From positions 6,240,001-6,304,000 of the forward strand of contig OY760175.1 of the NCBI GenBank assembly GCA_963663165.1: 64,000 nt of DNA, given 5' to 3'. This document shows, piece after piece, positions 41,466 to 51,117 of the stretch (its first letter is position 1; each line of letters opens with the position of its first letter). Position numbers and translations under genes: made by a program. Below the pieces are notes generated by a model. The model did not search any database. It had not been told where the DNA came from and worked only from the letters and a program-made list of their open reading frames with translations. The DNA comes from an uncultured Desulfospira sp. Its GTDB lineage: Bacteria; Desulfobacterota; Desulfobacteria; Desulfobacterales; Desulfobacteraceae.

Positions 41466-44339
41466 ATGATTCCATTTGATGAGTTAAAGAACGGCCTTAA
41501 GGGAGACCTTTACCTGGACCTTTACAGGCGAAGGCTTCTGGCCACGGACGGCAGTATTTTTGAACAGATTCCGGCGGCCGTGGCATACCCTAAAAGTACC
41601 CAAGATGTTCAGGCCATTGTTCTGTTTGCCAAAGACCACGGCCTTGCCGTCCATGCCAGGGGGGCAGGATCCGGGGTGTGCGGGGCATCCCTGGGCCGGG
41701 GGATTGTGGTTGATTTTACCAAATACATGAACCGGCTCAACCACCTGGATGTGGAAAACCGCTGGTTTGAATGCGAGCCCGGGTACCGCATGGGCGAGCT
41801 TCTGGCCGCCTTAAATGGAACAGACCTGTTTTTTCCGCCGGATCCGTCATCCGGGGAGTATGCCTCTTTTGGGGGGATGTTTGCCACCAACGCCTCAGGG
41901 GCCCATTCGGTGAAGTACGGGAATGTGGGCGATTACTGCCTGGATGCCACCATTGTGACGGCAGACGGGCAGGCGGTGACCCTGTCCCAAGTGAAGGCCG
42001 TTGAACGGGCGGACCTGTCCCCTAAGTTTCAGGCCCTTTATGATCTGTATGTTGAAAATGCTGAAAAAATTCAGTCGGCCTACCCCCCGGTAAGGCACAA
42101 TTCAACCGGGTATAACCTGCGGCACATGGTGGATGAAAAAGGCCACCTGGACCTTTCCCTGCTTTTCAGCGGTGCCGAGGGAACCCTTGGGATCGTCACG
42201 GGCCTTAAGTTTGCCCTTAAACAAAAAAACAAGCATGACATCCTGATCGTGGCCTATTTTAAGGACATTGTCCCTTCGGCCCGGGCCACCCAGCAGATCC
42301 TTCCCCTGGGCCCGTGCGGGATCGAGATCATGGACCGGTCGCTGCTGGATCTGGCCCGGCAGCGGGACCATAACCTGGACCGGCTGCTGCCCGACGGGGT
42401 TGAGAACCTGCTGCTCATTGCCTTTGACGAACCCCTTCAGGAGACCTGCCGGGACAAGGCCCATGCCGTTAAACAGATTTTAGACAACGAGCAGACCCTC
42501 GGGGATATCCATATTGCCTTTTCAGAGCAGGAAAAGGCTGGATTCTGGAGCATCCGAAAGGCCGCCGTTCCCATCCTTTATAAGATGAAGGGGGGAAAAA
42601 AGGTCCTGCCCCTGATTGAAGATGCCGTGGTGCCCACGGACCGGCTGGTTCCTTATTTTGAGGGGATCTATCGGATTTTAGGGGAGCTCAAGGTTCAGTT
42701 TGTGGTGTTTGGCCATATTGCCAAGGGACTGCTTCATACAAGGCCTCTGCTGAATTTGAAAACCCGGGAAGATACGCTTTTATTAAAGACCATTTCAGAC
42801 CGGATATTTGAGCTGGTCTATTCCCTTGGCGGGGCCATATCCGGGGAACACGGGGACGGAAGGATCAGAAGCGTTTATATCCGGGACCAGTATCCGGATA
42901 TTTTCCCTTTGTTTGAACGGGTAAAAGATACCCTGGACCCGCTAGGACGGTTCAACCCGGACATTATCACTGGTGCTGAACCGGACCCCCCGGCCGGGGA
43001 GAAATCAGAAAATTATCGGTTTTTGCCCTTAAGGTACGGGGACGCATACCGGGCCCAGAACCCTTACGGGCAGGCGTTGTTTCCCCCCGGGGACCTGGTT
43101 CTGGAAATTGAAAAATGCCATGGCTGTTCCAAATGTACCACCGTCACCCATGCCACGCGAATGTGCCCGGTATATAAAGTGTTAAGGGATGAGTCCGCCG
43201 CCCCCAAGGCCAAGGCCAATATCCTGCGAAGCCTTATTTCCGGAAGAATGGGGGCCATGGACCGGCATGTGTATGCCCGGGCACTGTTCCATGTGCTGGA
43301 CCACTGCATCAACTGCGGCTCATGCAGCCATGAATGCCCTTCAGAGGTGGACATCCCCAAAATGGTCCTGGAGGCCAGGGCGGCCTACAAAAAACGGTTC
43401 GGCGTAACCCTTGCCGACCGGATACTGACATCGGCCAGGCAGGGGGCAAGGCTTTCCCGGCCCTTTTCCGGTCTTGCTGCCATTGCCATGGAGAATCCTG
43501 GCTTAAGGCGTCTGGGCGAGAAGGTGGCCGGCATCAGTGCCCGGCGAATCATCAATCCCTTTGACCCAAAGCCCTTGGAAAAAAGACTGCCCTTGAATGA
43601 TGGTAAACCAGGCCCCCGGGTTCTCTACTTTGCCGGATGTTATGCATCCCTGATCCGGCCGGAAATCGGGGAAGCTGCGGCCAAGGTGCTCAATGCCGCA
43701 GGATTCAGCCTGGTGTTTCCCCAGCAGCACTGCTGCGGCCTGCCCATGATCTCCAAAGGCATGGGAAACAAAGCCCTTAAGACCATTGAAAAGAACCTGT
43801 CCCTTTGGCTGGACCAGGCATTGGCCGTGGACCACATCGTCACCACCTGTTCGTCCTGCCTGCTGTCATTAACCCGGTACTGGCCCTGGTTTATGGATTC
43901 AGGGCAGATTCATCCGGATAGCCGAAAAGCCAGAGCCCTGAAGGTTATTCAGGAAAAGACCGTTCACATCTCAACCCTGCTGCTGGATCACAACGCCTCC
44001 CTGAACCTGAACCCCATCACCCTGTCTGTGGCCTACCACACCCCCTGCCATCTTAAGGCCGGCCCCCATGTCGCATCCTCTGTCCGGCTCCTTGAGGCCA
44101 TCCCGGGACTTGTCCTGGACAACATGACCTGCCATTGCTGCGGCATGGCCGGCACCTGGGGCATGATGGCCGAAAACTATGATTTGAGCAGCCGGATCGG
44201 GTCAGACCTGAAAGAATGCCTGAACAATTCCGAAGCCTTGGCCGGGGCTACGGACTGTCCCACCTGCCGCATGCAGATGGAGTCCTTTTCAGATAAACCT
44301 GTTTTTCATCCGGTTGAAATCCTGGCCAGGGGTCTTTGA
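41466..44339 (+). CDS. FAD-binding and Fe-S/CCG-domain oxidoreductase (GlcD-GlcF fusion, YdiJ-like)
   Basis: ARGAGSG, FPPDPSS, GAEGTLG, GAISGEHGDG, CHGCSKC, CINCGSCSHECP, HCCG, YHTPCH, CCGMAG, DCPTC. Confidence 0.88.
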   Translation: MIPFDELKNGLKGDLYLDLYRRRLLATDGSIFEQIPAAVAYPKSTQDVQAIVLFAKDHGLAVHARGAGSGVCGASLGRGIVVDFTKYMNRLNHLDVENRWFECEPGYRMGELLAALNGTDLFFPPDPSSGEYASFGGMFATNASGAHSVKYGNVGDYCLDATIVTADGQAVTLSQVKAVERADLSPKFQALYDLYVENAEKIQSAYPPVRHNSTGYNLRHMVDEKGHLDLSLLFSGAEGTLGIVTGLKFALKQKNKHDILIVAYFKDIVPSARATQQILPLGPCGIEIMDRSLLDLARQRDHNLDRLLPDGVENLLLIAFDEPLQETCRDKAHAVKQILDNEQTLGDIHIAFSEQEKAGFWSIRKAAVPILYKMKGGKKVLPLIEDAVVPTDRLVPYFEGIYRILGELKVQFVVFGHIAKGLLHTRPLLNLKTREDTLLLKTISDRIFELVYSLGGAISGEHGDGRIRSVYIRDQYPDIFPLFERVKDTLDPLGRFNPDIITGAEPDPPAGEKSENYRFLPLRYGDAYRAQNPYGQALFPPGDLVLEIEKCHGCSKCTTVTHATRMCPVYKVLRDESAAPKAKANILRSLISGRMGAMDRHVYARALFHVLDHCINCGSCSHECPSEVDIPKMVLEARAAYKKRFGVTLADRILTSARQGARLSRPFSGLAAIAMENPGLRRLGEKVAGISARRIINPFDPKPLEKRLPLNDGKPGPRVLYFAGCYASLIRPEIGEAAAKVLNAAGFSLVFPQQHCCGLPMISKGMGNKALKTIEKNLSLWLDQALAVDHIVTTCSSCLLSLTRYWPWFMDSGQIHPDSRKARALKVIQEKTVHISTLLLDHNASLNLNPITLSVAYHTPCHLKAGPHVASSVRLLEAIPGLVLDNMTCHCCGMAGTWGMMAENYDLSSRIGSDLKECLNNSEALAGATDCPTCRMQMESFSDKPVFHPVEILARGL

Positions 44340-44421
44340 TCCGGGGCCGCCGCCCTAAGGAAACCCTGTTGATAATCCGGCACAGTAATTGGTTATCGGT
44401 TGTAAATTAAATAAAAAACGC

Positions 44422-44506
44422 AGACCGGAGGAAGGGAGGCGGGAGACCGGATCGCTCATCTTTAGGGGCTTCGCATTCCGGTCTGCGGTCTCCTTTCCTC
44501 CGGTCT
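44422..44506. repeat. Hairpin repeat family D (heptamer-periodic GGAGACC-type arms)
   Basis: AGACCGGAGGAAGGGAGGCGGGAGACCGGA ... TCCGGTCTGCGGTCTCCTTTCCTCCGGTCT; near-identical to 39600-39682. Confidence 0.8.
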
Positions 44507-44672
44507 CCCTATGTTTTTTGGAGATCAAATATATTAGCATAAATGAGATTAACCTGGCAGCCAATTTTGTCTTGAATTTTTTTTACGACCTTCTAATATT
44601 TATGTCACATTCTTTTGGTAGAGTATCCTCAATGGTATGACATATTTTTAAAAAAGGGGCATTTCAAAAACC

Positions 44673-45440
44673 ATGGACATCCATGCTGACCTTCACACGC
44701 ACACCCGGTTTTCCGACGGTTCGTCTTCTGTTGATGAGATGGTGCAGGCCTCAATCAAAAAGGGCCTTGCCACGGTTGCCATCACCGACCATATGCCCTT
44801 GCCCTATTCAACCCGGTACGCCATGGACATCAATCAGGTCGCTGAATACAAAAAAGAAATCCGTGATGCCAAAGAAAAATACAGGGACCGGATTCAGGTC
44901 CTTGCCGGGATGGAAATTGAATTTTCCCCTGAGCTTAAAGCCTGGGTTAAATCCATTGTGGACATGGGCTGGGAGTATCTGATAGTATCGGTTCACAGCC
45001 TGTTTAAGCGCGGCAAACCCTGCCTTGTCAACGGCAACCGTCAGGAGTTTGCCAAATCCCTTCATGGCCCCTTCAACAATGATATCAGGGCGGTATGCCG
45101 GCAGTATTTTTTTTATCTTCACCAGGCGTTTGAAACCGGGTGGTTCCAGACCGCCGCCCACCTGGATGTCGTTAAAAAGCACACCAACGGCCTGTTTGCC
45201 GAAAACGAGCCCTGGTACCGGGACCAGGTGCTGGAGACCCTCAAGGTGCTGCAGCGGCAGGACATGAAAATGGAGATCAATACGTCGGGCCTGGACCAGT
45301 CTCCTGAAGCCGCTTACCCAAGCCCCTGGATTATCCGCCAGGCGGAACAGATGGGCATCCCCATGGTGTTAGGATCAGATTCCCACTCCCCGGACACCCT
45401 TGGCCGGTATTTTGACGGGGCGGTGAAAGACCTTGGCTGA
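44673..45440 (+). CDS. hisJ: PHP-domain histidinol-phosphatase, HisJ family
   Basis: DLHTHTRFSDG, ITDHMP, GMEIEF, SVH, AHLD, EINTSG, GSDSH. Confidence 0.8.
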   Translation: MDIHADLHTHTRFSDGSSSVDEMVQASIKKGLATVAITDHMPLPYSTRYAMDINQVAEYKKEIRDAKEKYRDRIQVLAGMEIEFSPELKAWVKSIVDMGWEYLIVSVHSLFKRGKPCLVNGNRQEFAKSLHGPFNNDIRAVCRQYFFYLHQAFETGWFQTAAHLDVVKKHTNGLFAENEPWYRDQVLETLKVLQRQDMKMEINTSGLDQSPEAAYPSPWIIRQAEQMGIPMVLGSDSHSPDTLGRYFDGAVKDLG

Positions 45441-45582
45441 AATCCGGTCCAACGTTCCTTTTCCCCGCTGTTTGATGCGATTGGGATACTGTTTTTTCAT
45501 AATGTTTACGGTTGGGCCACGCTAATGGTTTGAAATGTCTGGGAAAATGGTGATTAGACGGGGTGTGCCGCCTTAATGCCCC

Positions 45583-45617
45583 TTTTTATGAAAGTCTCAC
45601 TAACGGCCCATGGCCGT
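45583..45617 (+). repeat. Family A repeat, internally deleted mini-copy
   Basis: TTTTTATGAAAGTCTCACTAAC joined directly to GGCCCATGGCCGTT (both ends, no middle). Confidence 0.7.
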
Positions 45618-45622
45618 TTCCC

Positions 45623-48600
45623 TTAATCTGTTTTGAAACATTTCACGGCATTCATCTGCCGGTCTTTTTTGAGCTGGGTTGCCATTTCATCAGCGGCAAG
45701 GGGTTTGGAATAGTAGTAGCCCTGGATCAGGCCGCAGTTCATGGATTTGAGAACTTCAAGCTGCTCGGCGGTTTCAATGCCTTCGGCAATGACGTTAAGG
45801 TCCAGGTGACGGGCTAAGGTGATAATGGTTCTGGCAATTTCAAAATTCTCATGTTCGTCATTGATGCCGTTAACAAAGGATTTATCCATTTTCAGGTTAT
45901 CTAAAGGAAAATTCTTCAGATAGGCCAGTGAAAAATATCCGGTTCCAAAATCATCAATGGAGATCTTGATGCCGATTTTTTTAAGCCGGTTCAGGTGGCC
46001 AATCACCGACTCGGGTTTTTCAATGACCGCACTTTCCGTGAGTTCAGCCGTCAGGTACTGGGGATCAAGCCCGGATTCTTTCAGGGCATTTTCAATGGTA
46101 TTTTCAAGGTTGTTATAGGTGGCAAACTGCTGGACGGAGATATTGACGCTTACACTCAGCTGCTCCGCGCCCGGGATTTGTGTCTGCCATTGTTTTAATT
46201 TTCGGCAGGCGGTCTCGATTACCCACTGGCCAATGGGCAGGATCATGCCCGTGTCTTCGGCTATGGGAATAAATTCAGACGGCGGGATCAGTCCCTTTAC
46301 GGGATGTTCCCACCGGATCAGGGCTTCAAAACTTTTAATAATCTGGGTTTTGGCGCAGACAACGGGCTGGTAATAGAGGGTAAACTGGTCCCGTTCCAGG
46401 GCCGATTTCAGATCGTTTTCCAGCAGCAGGGCATCCCGGGTCATCTGGTCGAGTTTTTTACTGAACACTTTATACCGGGATTTGCCCGTGGTTTTGGCCC
46501 GGTACATGGCGATGTCCGCATCCCTGAGAATATCCTGGGACCGGCTGTATCTGGAGGTGTTCATCACAATGCCGATACTGGCGCTGACCTTGACCTCATT
46601 GCCTTCAAGGGTAAAGGCCCTGGCGGTTTCGTCCCGGATCCGCCTGGCAATGGTCACAATCTCCTTGGCACTGTCAATATCCTCTAAAAGAACGGCAAAC
46701 TCGTCCCCGCCAAGCCTGGCCACCGTGTCCACCGACCGGACGCAGCCAAGGAACCGCTGGGCCGCTTTGATCAGAAGGTCGTCGCCTGCCGGATGCCCTA
46801 AGGTATCATTGACCCACTTGAACCGGTCAAGGTCAATGAGAAATACAGACGACTGGAGCGTCTCATTTCGCCGCTGCCGTTTAAGGGTGTGCCGGAGCCG
46901 GTCCAGAAAAAGGATCCGGTTGGGAAGTCCGGTCATGCTGTCGTAAAAAGCCTTTCGGTAGAGCTGATTTTCAAGGGCCTTTCGCTTGGTCACGTCCTGA
47001 TACACATAAAAAATGCCCTCAATCAGGTTGTTGACAAAAATCGGGAACGCCAACAGGGAAACCGGGATCAGTTTCCCGGATTTGTGTTGACGCCGGGTTT
47101 CTTTTTCCACTGTCTGGCCTGAGAGAATGGCCTCTTTTATGGTGGCTGTTTCAAAGCTGAGGTTGTCCGGCACAATGATGTCCTCAGGACAGATTCCGGT
47201 TGCGTCTTCGGCGCAATAGCCGAACAGGGTTTCAAACCCCTTGTTGGCCCGGGTGATCAGGCCGTCACCGTCCGTTAGAATCACGGCCTGGGGAGAGCCG
47301 TCAAACAGTTGCTGGAACCGTCCCCCCATTTGCTGTAAGGCCTCCATCATTTTGTTGTACCGGGCCGCGATGACCCCGGTTTCCGTAAACGGATCCACCG
47401 GTACCCGCAGGGAAAGGTCCCCGGTTTTTTCCTGAAGCTGCATGACATGAAAAAAGTCAGCAGATTCCGTTCTGGCACCGTGCTCGGAAATGTTCAGCCC
47501 GATCTCCTCCTCCTCGCTGGATACCCGTAATGGGGTCATCCGGTTGATCTGCCGGATAATGAAAAAGGGAATGACAAAGGCCGTCACAAAGGCGGCAAAA
47601 ATACCGGTGGCCTGGATGGTCAGCTGACCGGTAAAGGTCAGGCCGGTTCCCAGGACCTTGGGATCGCCAAACAGGGCAACGGCCAGGGTGCCCCAGATGC
47701 CGCAGGCCAGATGCACCGGAACGGCACTGACCGCGTCATCAATTTTAAAGTAAAGGAGCAGTTCGTCCACGGCCAGGCAGATGCCGCCGGCAACCATGCC
47801 GATCAATGCGGCCTCAAAGGTGGTTACACAGTGGCAGCAGGCCGTGATGGCCACAAGGCCGCCCAGGGTCCCGTTAATCAGAAATGATATTCTGAATATC
47901 CGGAATATCAGGTATCCCAGCAAAAGGCATAGGGCTGCCCCAAAGGCTGACGCGATGATGGTATTGATAATAATGGCCGGCACCTGTTCGTTCATGGCCA
48001 GGGTGGAGCCTCCGTTAAACCCGATCCAGCCGATCCAGAGCAGCAGGGTCCCGAGAACCGAAAGGGGCAGGTTGCTCCCGCAGATATCAATGGGCTTGCC
48101 GTCAGGCAGGAACCGCCCCTGTCTCGGGCCAATGACAATCAGCACGGCCAGGGCGGTCCAGCCCCCCACACTGTGGACCACCGTGGAACCGGCAAAATCA
48201 ATAAACCCGGCAGCCCCCAGCCAGCCGGCCGGATTCCCGGTCTCAATGCCGTTCCAGGCCCAGTGGCCGAAAAAGGGATAGATAAAGAAGGAGAGCAGAA
48301 CAGCCACCTGCAGATAAGATGAAAATTTGATCCGCTCAGCAACGGCCCCGGAAAAAATGGTGGTGGCGGTGCCGCAGAACATGGTCTGGAACAGAAAAAA
48401 CGAGATGAGGTGAAAATTATGGCCGAATTCCGGCAGAAAATGGGTAGTGCCGACAATGCCTGAGTTTGAAAGGCCGAACATGATGCCGAATCCCACCAGC
48501 CAGAACCCAATGACGGAGAGAACAAAGTCCGCCAAGTTTTTAATGGCCACGTTGATGCTGTTTTTGGGCCTTGTCAGGCCGGATTCAAGGCACATGAACC

Positions 48601-48670
48601 CGGGCTGCATCAAAAAAACCAGAACGGCCGAAACAATGACCCAGAGATTGTCCAGAAGAGAGCTTCCCAT
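45623..48670 (-). CDS. Ammonium transporter fused to PAS-GGDEF-EAL domains
   Basis: FLMQPGF, FQTMFC, DFAGSTVVH, WIGWIGFNGGS, DDAVSAVPVH; RSVD..RLGGDEF; FEALIRW, DDFGTGY, AEGIE, QGYY. Confidence 0.92.
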   Translation of the reverse strand: MGSSLLDNLWVIVSAVLVFLMQPGFMCLESGLTRPKNSINVAIKNLADFVLSVIGFWLVGFGIMFGLSNSGIVGTTHFLPEFGHNFHLISFFLFQTMFCGTATTIFSGAVAERIKFSSYLQVAVLLSFFIYPFFGHWAWNGIETGNPAGWLGAAGFIDFAGSTVVHSVGGWTALAVLIVIGPRQGRFLPDGKPIDICGSNLPLSVLGTLLLWIGWIGFNGGSTLAMNEQVPAIIINTIIASAFGAALCLLLGYLIFRIFRISFLINGTLGGLVAITACCHCVTTFEAALIGMVAGGICLAVDELLLYFKIDDAVSAVPVHLACGIWGTLAVALFGDPKVLGTGLTFTGQLTIQATGIFAAFVTAFVIPFFIIRQINRMTPLRVSSEEEEIGLNISEHGARTESADFFHVMQLQEKTGDLSLRVPVDPFTETGVIAARYNKMMEALQQMGGRFQQLFDGSPQAVILTDGDGLITRANKGFETLFGYCAEDATGICPEDIIVPDNLSFETATIKEAILSGQTVEKETRRQHKSGKLIPVSLLAFPIFVNNLIEGIFYVYQDVTKRKALENQLYRKAFYDSMTGLPNRILFLDRLRHTLKRQRRNETLQSSVFLIDLDRFKWVNDTLGHPAGDDLLIKAAQRFLGCVRSVDTVARLGGDEFAVLLEDIDSAKEIVTIARRIRDETARAFTLEGNEVKVSASIGIVMNTSRYSRSQDILRDADIAMYRAKTTGKSRYKVFSKKLDQMTRDALLLENDLKSALERDQFTLYYQPVVCAKTQIIKSFEALIRWEHPVKGLIPPSEFIPIAEDTGMILPIGQWVIETACRKLKQWQTQIPGAEQLSVSVNISVQQFATYNNLENTIENALKESGLDPQYLTAELTESAVIEKPESVIGHLNRLKKIGIKISIDDFGTGYFSLAYLKNFPLDNLKMDKSFVNGINDEHENFEIARTIITLARHLDLNVIAEGIETAEQLEVLKSMNCGLIQGYYYSKPLAADEMATQLKKDRQMNAVKCFKTD

Positions 48671-48748
48671 AATTATTTATCCGTCAGGGATTTGGGATAT
48701 GAGATGGGGGACTTGAGGCGGCCTGACCGCTTTTTTAAAAATATCAAG

Positions 48749-48764
48749 TGCCAGATCAATGCCA
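48749..48764 (-). promoter_or_regulatory. Candidate sigma54 (-24/-12) promoter for the Amt fusion
   Basis: Minus strand TGGCATTGATCTGGCA = GG-N10-GC, about 80 bp upstream of the ATG. Confidence 0.4.
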
Positions 48765-49151
48765 TTAACTAAAGAAACTTGACAACGCATACAGGGGTAT
48801 AAAATGGGCGCCAACGGCGCTTCCCCCTCTTGTTTCCAGTTTCTCGTATTACCGCTTAAGTTTATGACATTGGGTGCCAGATCCCAGATCCCGTTTCCTT
48901 AAATTTATTGCAGACAGCCTTTAATGAGTTTTTTTTTAAACACTGTCCTTGGTTCCTATGTTAAAACAGGGCCTGTTAACAATACGGAATCCTGTTTCCA
49001 TCTTCTAATAAGCGTGAAGATATATCAGTAATTTAAATAAGAAACAAGGGACCGAGGGCGGAAAACCAGGGCAATCGGATGTAAAAAAACAATCCATCCT
49101 GGAATGGGAAATATTGAATCTCCCGACTGCCGGTTCAAACAGGCGGACCGC

Positions 49152-49478
49152 TCGCTATCGCTATCGCTATCGGGATCGCTATCGGAAAATATTTATATGA
49201 AAGTCTCACTAACATCCTGAGAAGACATTCATTATTTGTTGTGGCCCCATGCTCGGTTGGATAACCAAGACGGCCCGTGGCCGCTAGTGATGTCCTAAAC
49301 AAAATTTTTGATTTTTACCGCCTTGCCATAAGCTATGGAAATGCCCCGTATTCAGGGATCAGATTTTGAACCCTATTTTTTGGGGCTCTGCCATTTAGGG
49401 CCAAAGGTAATGACGTGCAAACCGAAATCGAAATCGACCTCAAGTCCCCTTCGATAGCGATTCCGATAGCGATAGCGA
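49152..49478. repeat. Inverted hexamer (TCGCTA/TAGCGA) arms nested within the MITE
   Basis: TCGCTATCGCTATCGCTATCGGGATCGCTATCG (49152-49184) and TCGATAGCGATTCCGATAGCGATAGCGA (49451-49478). Confidence 0.7.
49192..49286 (+). repeat. Family A repeat, copy nested inside the MITE
   Basis: TATGAAAGTCTCACTAACATCCTGAGAAGAC...GGTTGGATAACCAAGACGGCCCGTGGCCGCTA. Confidence 0.85.
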
Positions 49479-49573
49479 GGGGCAGGGCAAAACAGTAAGG
49501 ATTCTACATTATCCTTATCATCATAATTGACATCACCGGCAGGCGAGTTACATGCGATCACCCTGGGCGGAAA

Positions 49574-49654
49574 ACGGGAAACAGGAGACGGAAATGTGTA
49601 CCCCTTAGGGATGCGTAATATCCGGTCTGCGGTCTCCTTTTTTCCGTTTCCGTC
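49574..49654. repeat. Hairpin repeat family D copy at the end of the efflux operon
   Basis: ACGGGAAACAGGAGACGGA...TTAGGGATGCGTAA..TCCGGTCTGCGGTCTCCTTTTTTCCGTTTCCG. Confidence 0.7.
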
Positions 49655-51117
49655 TATTTACTGATCTGGCCTCCGCCCATGGTTTTGTACAGGTTGATCA
49701 GGTTGCTTGAAAACGCCTGCTTTAAAACGATCTCCCCTTGCTGGGCGGAGAACAGGGACCGCTGGGCATCAAGGACCGCTAAAAAATCATCCACCCCGTT
49801 GTCGTACCGGGCCCTGGACAGGGTGTAGGCCTTTCGGGCGGCATCCACCAGGGCCTTCTGGGCATTGAGCTGATCCTTGTAGGTCTTGCGGGCTGCCAGT
49901 TCATCGGCCACCTCCTTAAAGGCGGTCTGGAGGGTGCCTTCATACTGGGCCGCAGCGATTTTTTCATCCACGGTGGCGGCATCCAGGGCGGCATTGAGCC
50001 CTTCCCGGTTGAAAATGGGAATGGACAGGGCCGGGGAAAAGGCCCAGGAGCGGCTCTCGGACACATTGAACAAACCCGAAAGACTCTGGCTGGCAAGCCC
50101 TAGGGAGCCGGTCAGGCTGATGGTGGGATACAGGGCTGCCCGGGCCGCCCCGATATCGGCATTGGCGGCCTTGAGACGGTGTTCGGCAGCCATGACATCG
50201 GGCCTGGCCAGAAGAATCCGGGAGGGCAGGCCTGCGGGCAGGTCTTCCAGAAAAGCAATGTCTTCAATGGTGGCCGGTGAATGGATCAGATCCCGGACCT
50301 GTGATCCGGCCAGGAGGACCAGGGCGTTTTCCGCCTGGGCCGCCAGCCGTTTGTACTGATAGATGGATGCCAAAGCGCTCTGGGTGGAGGTGGCGGCCTG
50401 GGCCAGGGAGATCTGGTCCGAGGTGCCGGCCTCGACCTCCCGCTGCACCATATCATAGGTCTTTTTCTGGGCCTCGTAGGTGTCCTTTGCCAGTTCCAGC
50501 AGTTTTTGCTGGGTCAAAAGGGCCACATAGGCATCAGCGGTCTGGGCGATGAGGGCGATGCGGGTGCTTGCTGCGGCATCCCGGGTGGCCAGATAGGTTT
50601 CTAGAGCACTCTGGCTCAAGCTTTTGATCCGGCCGAAAAAATCCAGTTCATAGGCGGTGATGCCAAGGCCCACGCTCATGATGGCGTCCGTGGTATAAGC
50701 CGTCCCCATGCTGCTGTTGTCCTTGGCAATCCCCTGGCGGTTGACACCGGCGCTGCCGGTGACCACCGGCAGTTTACCGGCCTCCTGGATCCGGTAAGCG
50801 GCCTTTGCCCGTTCAATATTGAGCAGGGCCACCCGAAGATCCCGGTTGTTTTCAAGGGCAAGGCCGATGATGCGGCAGAGGGTCTCGGACAAAAAATAGT
50901 CCTGCCATGCCGTATCCGCGGCATTTTGACCGGAAGCCGCTGTGGCGCTTCCTTGGGCATTTGAAGGCCAGGCCTCCTCAACGGGCAGTTCCGGCCGCTG
51001 ATATTCCGGGATAAAGGAGCAGCCGGCGGTAAAGAGAAGCATACCGGCAAAAACAGTCGAAAGGACCCTGATGGGAAGCACCGGCAGGTGCCGGGGCCTG
51101 TAATGGTTATTGGACAT
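49654..51117 (-). CDS. RND efflux outer-membrane lipoprotein (NodT/OprM family)
   Basis: Lipobox [51 protein letters not shown]. Confidence 0.92.
   Translation of the reverse strand: MSNNHYRPRHLPVLPIRVLSTVFAGMLLFTAGCSFIPEYQRPELPVEEAWPSNAQGSATAASGQNAADTAWQDYFLSETLCRIIGLALENNRDLRVALLNIERAKAAYRIQEAGKLPVVTGSAGVNRQGIAKDNSSMGTAYTTDAIMSVGLGITAYELDFFGRIKSLSQSALETYLATRDAAASTRIALIAQTADAYVALLTQQKLLELAKDTYEAQKKTYDMVQREVEAGTSDQISLAQAATSTQSALASIYQYKRLAAQAENALVLLAGSQVRDLIHSPATIEDIAFLEDLPAGLPSRILLARPDVMAAEHRLKAANADIGAARAALYPTISLTGSLGLASQSLSGLFNVSESRSWAFSPALSIPIFNREGLNAALDAATVDEKIAAAQYEGTLQTAFKEVADELAARKTYKDQLNAQKALVDAARKAYTLSRARYDNGVDDFLAVLDAQRSLFSAQQGEIVLKQAFSSNLINLYKTMGGGQISK

Larger units (their letters stand above)
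49067..49565 (+). mobile_element. MITE family C, 499-bp composite copy with perfect 10-bp target-site duplication
   Basis: TIRs CAGGGCAATCGGATGTAA / TTACATGCGATCACCCTG (15/18); GGCGGAAAAC at 49057-49066 and 49566-49575; no transposase inside. Confidence 0.85.

Noticed and set aside
49284..49420. CTAGTGATGTCC... as an IS end inside the MITE
   Set aside because: No matching opposite end or transposase remnant could be identified by eye.
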